This document shows, in pieces, positions 10,732-17,317 of a stretch of 64,000 nucleotides of DNA. The stretch spans positions 12,109 through 76,108 of the forward strand of contig JAAVHZ010000055.1 in assembly GCA_014799465.1 (NCBI GenBank), in the 5' to 3' direction. Source of the stretch: Lachnospiraceae bacterium. Its GTDB lineage: Bacteria; Bacillota; Clostridia; Lachnospirales; Lachnospiraceae. The notes below the pieces were generated by a model. The model did not search any database. It saw only the letters and a list, made by a program, of their open reading frames with translations, and was not told the origin of the DNA. A program made the translations under genes and the position numbers. Each line of letters begins with the position of its first letter. Within the stretch, counting starts at the first letter, position 1.

Positions 10732-11136
10732 ATGAAATTGGACAGATTAATTAAAGGGATTCATCATGTTTCATTAAAGTGCTGTGGAATTGAGGAATTT
10801 AGAAAAACAGTACATTTTTATAATATTGTACTGGGGATGGAGATATTAAGAAGTTGGGGAAATGGTGATGAATCATCAGTTATGATAGATACAGGCAGTG
10901 GGGTTATTGAGATATTTGCTAATGCAAATGAACATCTTTCTAAGGGAACCATAAGACATTTTGCTTTAATGACAGATGATGTGGATGCCTGTATAAAGGC
11001 TGTAAGGGAATCAGGATTTGAGGTGGTTATGGAGCCAAATGATATTGTGATTAAGTCTAATCCGGAATATCCGGCAAGAATTGCATTTTGCAAAGGACCT
11101 ATAGGTGAAGAGATAGAATTCTTTCAGGAAAGATAA
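10732..11136 (+). CDS. VOC / glyoxalase-family protein
   Basis: 134 aa with IHHVSLKC ... IRHFAL ... EIEFF, the pattern of paired beta-alpha-beta-beta-beta modules. SD AAAGGAG. Confidence 0.65.
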   Translation: MKLDRLIKGIHHVSLKCCGIEEFRKTVHFYNIVLGMEILRSWGNGDESSVMIDTGSGVIEIFANANEHLSKGTIRHFALMTDDVDACIKAVRESGFEVVMEPNDIVIKSNPEYPARIAFCKGPIGEEIEFFQER

Positions 11137-11150
11137 GGAGGAATAGTACA

Positions 11151-12074
11151 ATGGATAAAAAGTCAAAATACAGATTAGGAACGAGTGCATTGATGATAGT
11201 AGTGCTTATAGCTCTTTTGGGCTTTGTTATATTCAAGTCAGATAAACGTACAGATAAGTATTTAAAAGAAGTAAATGCACTGGAAGAGAAAAATAGTGAA
11301 CTTGATAAGGTAAGTGAATCTTATGAAAGTAAGGTATCAGAACTTAATGAAAAAATATCAGAGTTGGAAAGTATGAATGAACAGATTTCCATAGAAAATA
11401 ATGAACTTGAAAGTATTATAAGCCAGAATGGAATGATGAAGACTTTAAAAGAAGATGAAAAAGTAGTTTTTATGACATTTGATGACGGACCATCTGATTT
11501 GACACCTGAATTTTTAAAAGTACTTGATTCTTATAATGTAAATGCTACATTTTTCGTAACTTACCAGCCTCAGTTTGAGGATACATATAAACAGATTGTA
11601 AATGGTGGTAATGCCATTCAGATACATACAGCAACACATGAATATAACGATATATATACATCAGTAGATGCATATCTGGCAGATTTTAATCAGGCATATG
11701 ATTATGTCTGTTCTGTTATAGGAAAGAAACCTACATATTTCAGGTTTCCGGGAGGCAGTACCAACAGCTATGGAAAATCAATTGTAAGGGATATTGCCAG
11801 AACCATGAAAGATAAAGGTTTTGATTTTGTTGATTGGAATGTCAGCGTTGGAGATGGCAGTGCATCGGCTACAAAGGATAGTATTATACAAAAGATAACT
11901 GCCGAGTCAGAAGGAAAGCAGCATATCGTTATGCTGGCACATGACAGTGGAACTAAGAAAGAAACACTGGCAGCACTTCCGCAACTTATAGAATATTATA
12001 AGAATAACGGATATGATTTCAGAACTATAGAAAACAACATTGATATGTCATTTGCACAATTTATAGATTATTAA
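11151..12074 (+). CDS. Membrane-anchored polysaccharide deacetylase (NodB domain)
   Basis: N-terminal TM helix plus coiled coil; NodB blocks MTFDDGPS, HTATHEY, FRFPGGS. Confidence 0.85.
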   Translation: MDKKSKYRLGTSALMIVVLIALLGFVIFKSDKRTDKYLKEVNALEEKNSELDKVSESYESKVSELNEKISELESMNEQISIENNELESIISQNGMMKTLKEDEKVVFMTFDDGPSDLTPEFLKVLDSYNVNATFFVTYQPQFEDTYKQIVNGGNAIQIHTATHEYNDIYTSVDAYLADFNQAYDYVCSVIGKKPTYFRFPGGSTNSYGKSIVRDIARTMKDKGFDFVDWNVSVGDGSASATKDSIIQKITAESEGKQHIVMLAHDSGTKKETLAALPQLIEYYKNNGYDFRTIENNIDMSFAQFIDY

Positions 12075-12088
12075 GCTGTTAAAAATAG

Positions 12089-12209
12089 TAACAGTTCAGC
12101 CAACCCAATGTCGGGCGTCCGCCCTATAGAGAATAATATATAATAATTTCTTAGTGAGCAAGCTCCCACGAAATTATTATATATTATTCTCTGCATGGCT
12201 GAACTGTTA
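12089..12209. repeat. Compound palindromic element (nested inverted repeats)
   Basis: 13-bp outer arms (12089-12101 / 12197-12209) enclose perfect 23-bp AT-rich arms (12128-12150 / 12170-12192). The loop is 19 nt and there is a 26-nt GC-richer one-sided bulge. Direct repeat CTGTTAAAAATA occurs at 12076-12087 and 12204-12215. Confidence 0.7.
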
Positions 12210-12324
12210 AAAATATTATGTGAAATATTATGGAAATCACATAAATATGTGCTATAATCTATACAAGCTTTTTATAGCAGCGGCCATTAAAAAATGACTG
12301 ACAGATACAAAGTTAAGGAGAGAC

Positions 12325-13056
12325 ATGGAAAATCAATTTTCGAGAACACAATTATTATTAGGGGAGGAAGCTATGGTGAGTATAAAGAATGCAAGAATAG
12401 CAGTTTTTGGAATAGGCGGAGTAGGAGGATATGTAGTAGAAGCACTTGTCCGAAGCGGTGTGGAAACCTTTGATTTGATTGATGATGATAAGATATGTCT
12501 GTCAAATTTAAACAGGCAGATTATAGCGACACGGGAAACGCTGGGAAGATATAAGGTAGATGTAATGAAAGAAAGGATACAGAGTATCAACCCGGAAGTT
12601 ATTGTAAATGCACATAAATGCTTTTATCTGCAGGATAAATCAGATGAGTTTGATTTTTCACAATATTCGTATATAGTTGATGCAATAGATACTGTTACCG
12701 CTAAGATAGAGCTTGTTATGCGTGCTAAGGAAGCAGGTGTACCGATTATAAGTTGTATGGGAACAGGGAATAAAGTGGACCCTAAAAAATTTCAGGTTGC
12801 AGATATTTATAAGACGAGTATGTGTCCATTGGCAAAAGTAATGCGCCGGGAACTTAGAAAAAGAGGTGTAAAAAAGCTTAAAGTAGTATATTCTACAGAA
12901 AAGCCTGCTAAAATTTTGGGAATATTCCCAAATAAGGATAAAGAAGAACATAAGAAGATCGTTGGCAGTGTATCCTTTGTTCCTTCAGTGGCAGGATTAG
13001 TTATGGCATCAGAGATAGTAAGGGATTTGCTGAAAGACAATACGGATAAACAGTGA
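12325..13056 (+). CDS. tcdA: ThiF/HesA-family protein, TcdA-like tRNA threonylcarbamoyladenosine dehydratase
   Basis: Nucleotide loop GIGGVGGY, DDDKICLSNLNRQ block; 243 aa, the size and layout of TcdA/CsdL. Confidence 0.7.
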   Translation: MENQFSRTQLLLGEEAMVSIKNARIAVFGIGGVGGYVVEALVRSGVETFDLIDDDKICLSNLNRQIIATRETLGRYKVDVMKERIQSINPEVIVNAHKCFYLQDKSDEFDFSQYSYIVDAIDTVTAKIELVMRAKEAGVPIISCMGTGNKVDPKKFQVADIYKTSMCPLAKVMRRELRKRGVKKLKVVYSTEKPAKILGIFPNKDKEEHKKIVGSVSFVPSVAGLVMASEIVRDLLKDNTDKQ

Positions 13057-13086
13057 GTGACATTTTTAAATCTGAGTTTTACAGTA

Positions 13087-13113
13087 TTAATTTATTATAA
13101 AATATTCCGATAT
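13087..13113 (+). promoter_or_regulatory. SigD (sigma-28)-like promoter
   Basis: TTAA-N15-TCCGATAT compared with the B. subtilis SigD consensus TAAA-N15-GCCGATAT; 60 nt upstream of ATG 13173. Confidence 0.4.
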
Positions 13114-13172
13114 ATTATTAAAGCAACTAGGTTAATAATATATGTAAATGTCAATATGGCAGAAAGGAGAAA

Positions 13173-13883
13173 ATGATGAATACAAGTACAGTAAATCAGG
13201 TAGCAGAAAGTGGAAATGTACAATCATATGATAATACAAAAGCTGCAAATAAAAATGAGAGAACAATTGGTTCACCAAAGTTAAGTGAAAAAGCACAGAA
13301 ATATTACGAGCAGTTACAGAAAAAATTCAGCAATATGGATTTTGTATTGGTAGCGAATGATGAGAAGGATAATGCAGAAGCTAAAGCAGCCAAATATGCA
13401 AGAGCAGGAAGGCTTCAGGTACTTATAGATGAGGAAAAGCTTGAGCGTATGGCAGAGGATGAGGCATATAGGAAAAAGTACGAAGGAATTATAACAAATG
13501 CCCAGACTCAGCTTAACAGTATGCAGAAAGATATTGGAAATCAGCCGGGTGTGAAAACATATGGAATGCGTATTGACGACAATGGAAATGCTTCATTTTT
13601 TGCAGTAATAGATAAATCACTGGCAGCACAAAGAGAACGTATAGAGGAGAAAGCGGAGCAAAAGGCAGAAGATAAGAAAAAGGCTGCTAAAGCAGAACAA
13701 AAAGAAAAGTATGAAAAAATACATAATGGAACAAGTGATGAAGAAGATCTGGTAACTGTAACAGCAGATTCCATATACAGTCTGATGAAGAAAATAAATG
13801 AAACAATACTTGGAAGCAGAAGTGATAATGTTCAGACTGATTGGGAAAAAATGGTGGGACAGCATATAGATTATAGACAGTAA
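13173..13883 (+). CDS. Uncharacterised K/E-rich protein
   Basis: 236-aa ORF with SD AGAAAGGAG. Charged helical middle region, no catalytic motif recognised. Confidence 0.6.
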   Translation: MMNTSTVNQVAESGNVQSYDNTKAANKNERTIGSPKLSEKAQKYYEQLQKKFSNMDFVLVANDEKDNAEAKAAKYARAGRLQVLIDEEKLERMAEDEAYRKKYEGIITNAQTQLNSMQKDIGNQPGVKTYGMRIDDNGNASFFAVIDKSLAAQRERIEEKAEQKAEDKKKAAKAEQKEKYEKIHNGTSDEEDLVTVTADSIYSLMKKINETILGSRSDNVQTDWEKMVGQHIDYRQ

Positions 13884-13936
13884 AATATTGACATATTAAA
13901 ACTCTGCTATTAACATATAATGGAAATAAACGATAT

Positions 13937-14158
13937 ATGGAAAGGCAGAGTTTTAATATGGGCAGAGTCAGATTGAACAGTGATGAACAAGTGGTAGCTA
14001 TGATTAAGGAGGGGCTTGAAAGAAAGAATGGGTATTGTCCATGCAGATTAGAAATAAATGATGATAATAAATGTATATGTAAGGAATTCAGGGAACAGAT
14101 AGCAGATCCGGAATTTGAGGGATACTGCCACTGTATGCTATATTATAAAGAAAAGTAA
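13937..14158 (+). CDS. Small Cys-rich protein, ferredoxin:thioredoxin-reductase catalytic-subunit-like
   Basis: Cys pattern CPC-x9-CIC-x15-CHC (CPCRLEINDDNKCICKEFREQIADPEFEGYCHC), typical of the FTR catalytic-chain family. Confidence 0.5.
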   Translation: MERQSFNMGRVRLNSDEQVVAMIKEGLERKNGYCPCRLEINDDNKCICKEFREQIADPEFEGYCHCMLYYKEK

Positions 14159-14244
14159 TTTACGAATACTTACTTGATGTTTTTTCTTTTTTCCTGTATT
14201 ATTATACTGCACAGGTGTGCTTAAAGGAGGTGAGAAAAAAATTG

Positions 14245-15006
14245 ATGTTTAGAAGAAGTAAGAAAAAGCCTGCTGCAGCGGTATTTGTTGATTACGAACA
14301 TTGGTATTATGGTTACAGAAATAAATTTCAGATGAGACCTAATATTGAAGAATGGATAGAAGAATTAAATGATGAATATGAAGTAAAGAAGATTTCAGTA
14401 TTCGGAGATTTTTCAAGGTATAATATTGGAACGGATTTAGACAGATTAAAGGGCATAACAAAAAATATTGTGCATACAGCCAGCCAGAAAGAAGGCGTGG
14501 ACAAAGATTTCACTGATGTGATAATGCTGGATGCCATATACCGGAATGCTGCTCAGAGGAAAGATGAAGACGTGTATATTCTGTTTACAGGAGATGCACA
14601 TTTTACAAAAGTAGTAGAATATTTAAAGGAAATAGGCAAGAAAGTAGTTATTTATGGAGTTAAATATGGATTCAGCAACCAGTTAAAATCTGAAGCTACA
14701 AGTTATGTTGAAATGCCAAGACAGTCGCAGGAGAAGAACCACTATATAGATTTAATTCTTGCAAGCCTTTCCAGACTCAGGAATAAGCCGCGTACGGTAG
14801 TAACTTACTGGAAGACTGTTAATCATGTGGCAGATTATAATCACGTATCAAATGACAAAGTAAAAATAGCACTTGATAACCTGCTAAAGCAGAAATACAT
14901 TTATGAGGAAGAAATGATAGGTTACAGAGGACAGATAATGTCTGTATTGAAAACAGACTGGGAGCGTTTAGAGGCTGACGGATTATGGGCGGAAAATGCA
15001 AGGTAA
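14245..15006 (+). CDS. NYN/LabA-like (PIN-fold) domain protein
   Basis: AAVFVDYEHW, FGDFS, ILFTGDAHF, KKVVIYG pattern. SD AAGGAGGTG. ATG 14245 is preferred over the ORF-track start at 14215. Confidence 0.5.
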   Translation: MFRRSKKKPAAAVFVDYEHWYYGYRNKFQMRPNIEEWIEELNDEYEVKKISVFGDFSRYNIGTDLDRLKGITKNIVHTASQKEGVDKDFTDVIMLDAIYRNAAQRKDEDVYILFTGDAHFTKVVEYLKEIGKKVVIYGVKYGFSNQLKSEATSYVEMPRQSQEKNHYIDLILASLSRLRNKPRTVVTYWKTVNHVADYNHVSNDKVKIALDNLLKQKYIYEEEMIGYRGQIMSVLKTDWERLEADGLWAENAR

Positions 15007-15010
15007 TAGT

Positions 15011-15037
15011 TAAGTCTGATACAAAAAATTCCGATAA
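15011..15037 (+). promoter_or_regulatory. SigD (sigma-28)-like promoter
   Basis: TAAG-N15-TCCGATAA compared with TAAA-N15-GCCGATAT; 43 nt upstream of ATG 15080. Confidence 0.4.
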
Positions 15038-15079
15038 ATTAAGAAAGATGTAAATTGCTTAATTTAGGAGGGATGCATA

Positions 15080-16096
15080 ATGTCACTTGTTATCAAGATG
15101 CATGATGTTAATAAAATAGAGTACAGATCCGATAATGCCGCTCAAAATAAAGGGAGTGGCAAGAATTATAGGATTTTTGCCGGAGATTTAAATATTCAGG
15201 AAAGCAGTGTTGATAAGAAGCGTAAAGAAGCACAGCAGAAGGCATTAAAGATTGTTCAGGATACATGGAAAAGTGACCGTGAAGTTGATGAAATGATTCA
15301 AAAAATACGGGATGATTCTTCGGCGTTAAAAAATAAGATAACAGAGTCAAAAGAGTACATTAAGGATTTGGAAGAAAAGAAGACAGATTTGAAAGAAATG
15401 TATTGTATAGACGAAGACTCACAGGAGCAGAAAGATTTAGAGCTGTTAGAAAAGCGTCAGGATTTTGAAAACGGTAATGCATCACAGCTTACACTTGATG
15501 AGTTGGAACAGTTAAAGGAAATTGATACGAAGCCTTTGACAGAATATCAGAAAAGATCTTTAGATTTAAATAAACAAATGAATAAGTTTAAAAGCGATTT
15601 AAGAGAAGCACAGAATCAAATGATGGATGATTATGCGAACATCAGAAGTATTAAACAGGAAAGACTTAAGAAAAATCCAATGGTTGAGGCTCAAAAAGCT
15701 GCGGACTCCATTATGGAAGCAGCAAGCAAGGAAATTATAGGAATGCTTGTGGATGAAGCAAAAGAGAGTATTGACGAGAAGATGGAAGAAGAGAAAGAAA
15801 AAGCTGATAAGAAGGCAGAGGAAAAAGAGAAAGAGGAAGAACTTGAGGAATATAGAGAAGAAAAACGTGCCATACAGGAAGCAATAATGAAGGGAACACG
15901 TGAAGCTGTAGAAGAGGCAGAAGAGAAGCAGAGAAGAAATGATGCACCTGAGGTAGATACAGATACAATGCTTGATATAGCCATGAGCTATAATTCTTCC
16001 ACAGATGATGTACATAAGGGACTTGAAGAACTTAAAAACAGCATGGCAATTCTTGATGCTGATTTAAAAGGTGTACAGGTTGATGCCGAGATTTAA
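15080..16096 (+). CDS. Uncharacterised glutamate/lysine-rich coiled-coil protein
   Basis: 338-aa ORF with SD GGAGGGA. Long heptad-like charged stretches, no catalytic motif. Confidence 0.6.
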   Translation: MSLVIKMHDVNKIEYRSDNAAQNKGSGKNYRIFAGDLNIQESSVDKKRKEAQQKALKIVQDTWKSDREVDEMIQKIRDDSSALKNKITESKEYIKDLEEKKTDLKEMYCIDEDSQEQKDLELLEKRQDFENGNASQLTLDELEQLKEIDTKPLTEYQKRSLDLNKQMNKFKSDLREAQNQMMDDYANIRSIKQERLKKNPMVEAQKAADSIMEAASKEIIGMLVDEAKESIDEKMEEEKEKADKKAEEKEKEEELEEYREEKRAIQEAIMKGTREAVEEAEEKQRRNDAPEVDTDTMLDIAMSYNSSTDDVHKGLEELKNSMAILDADLKGVQVDAEI

Positions 16097-16121
16097 ATAT
16101 TATGTTATAATATATTAGATG

Positions 16122-16177
16122 CTCCTTTTTATACAGATTGTTTTATTATTTACAATCTGTATAGAAGGGAGTTTTTT
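16122..16177 (+). terminator. Rho-independent terminator
   Basis: Stem TATACAGATTGT / ACAATCTGTATA extended by CTCC/GGAG, 10-nt loop, T6 run. Confidence 0.75.
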
Positions 16178-16237
16178 ATGTATTTTTTTTATTGAATCTG
16201 GAGAAACTTTTATAAAAGAAAATTCAGGAGGTGTGAG

Positions 16238-16840
16238 ATGGCTGTTGATTTTAAAGAAAGTGAAACCATGAAAAATCTTATGAGGGCATTTGCAGGAGAA
16301 AGTCAGGCAAGAAACAGATATACACTGGCAGCAAATCAGGCAAAAAGAAATAAGCAGGCAGCTATAGCAAGTGTATTTTTATATACGGCAAATCAGGAAA
16401 AGGAACATGCAGAAATATTTTATAATTATTTAACTGAAATGGCTGGAGAAAATATTCATATAGAAGGTTGTTATCCGGTAGATTTGTCAAATAATCTGGC
16501 AGAATTGTTAAGAATGGCACAACATAACGAATATGAAGAATATGATGATGTGTATAAGGAGTTTGGAGATAAGGCTAAGAAAGAAGGATTTGACAGGATA
16601 GCATCATCTTTTCATATGATAGCTGAGATTGAGAAAACCCATGGTGACAGATTTGGGAAGTTTGCTGAACTCTTAGAAAAGGATAAATTGCATGTATCAG
16701 ATGTAAAAACAGGATGGGTATGTATTAATTGTGGTTATGTATATGAAGGTGAAAAAGCACCGGAAGTATGTCCGGTATGTCACCACGACAAGGGATTTTT
16801 TATATTATGGGAACTGTCACCGTATCATGTGGCATTGTAG
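16238..16840 (+). CDS. rbr: Rubrerythrin
   Basis: Di-iron ferritin-like blocks (AGESQARNRY, EKEHAE, EKTHGD) plus a C-terminal rubredoxin-type CINCG...CPVCH. Confidence 0.9.
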   Translation: MAVDFKESETMKNLMRAFAGESQARNRYTLAANQAKRNKQAAIASVFLYTANQEKEHAEIFYNYLTEMAGENIHIEGCYPVDLSNNLAELLRMAQHNEYEEYDDVYKEFGDKAKKEGFDRIASSFHMIAEIEKTHGDRFGKFAELLEKDKLHVSDVKTGWVCINCGYVYEGEKAPEVCPVCHHDKGFFILWELSPYHVAL

Positions 16841-16861
16841 CATTAAATATTAGGAAATATG

Positions 16862-16905
16862 ACAGAAAGCAATATTAAGTATCAGATATTTGCTTTCTGT
16901 TTTTT
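16862..16905 (+). terminator. Rho-independent terminator after rbr
   Basis: Perfect 11-bp stem ACAGAAAGCAA / TTGCTTTCTGT followed by T5. Confidence 0.8.
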
Positions 16906-16918
16906 CGTTAAAAAACAC

Positions 16919-16982
16919 TTGCAATATACCCTTATGGGGTATATAATATCTGCATAAGATTTTGAATACCCCATGAGGGTAT
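16919..16982 (+). promoter_or_regulatory. csoR-copA promoter with two CsoR-type operators
   Basis: TTGCAA (16919-16924), 17-nt spacer, TATAAT (16942-16947). Inverted repeat TATACCCttatGGGGTATA (16925-16943) fills the spacer. ATACCCCatgaGGGTAT (16966-16982) lies just downstream. Confidence 0.75.
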
Positions 16983-17006
16983 ACGAAATGTCAGGAGGAT
17001 ATGTTT

Positions 17007-17306
17007 ATGGATGAAAATTGCTGCCATATGAAAACCAAAGAGAGAACAACAGAAGAATATAAAGATTTAATTAACAGGTTAAATAGAATAGAGGGGCAGG
17101 TAAGAGGTATAAAAGGCATGGTAGAGAAAGATGCTTATTGTGTAGATATACTTACTCAGGTTGCTGCTGTTAATGCAGCACTGAATAGTTTTAGCAGAAT
17201 GTTGCTTGCTAATCATATAAGGACTTGTGTTGTGGAAGACATTAAAGCTGATAAGGAAGAATCAGTGGAGGAATTAGTTGCTACGATTCAAAAGTTAATG
17301 AAATAG
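17007..17306 (+). CDS. csoR: Copper-sensing repressor CsoR
   Basis: DUF156 pattern NRLNRIEGQVRGI, YCVDILTQ. ATG 17007 is preferred (8 nt after AGGAGG); the ORF-track start 17001 is only 2 nt from the SD. Confidence 0.85.
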   Translation: MDENCCHMKTKERTTEEYKDLINRLNRIEGQVRGIKGMVEKDAYCVDILTQVAAVNAALNSFSRMLLANHIRTCVVEDIKADKEESVEELVATIQKLMK

Positions 17307-17317
17307 AGGTGGTTTAA

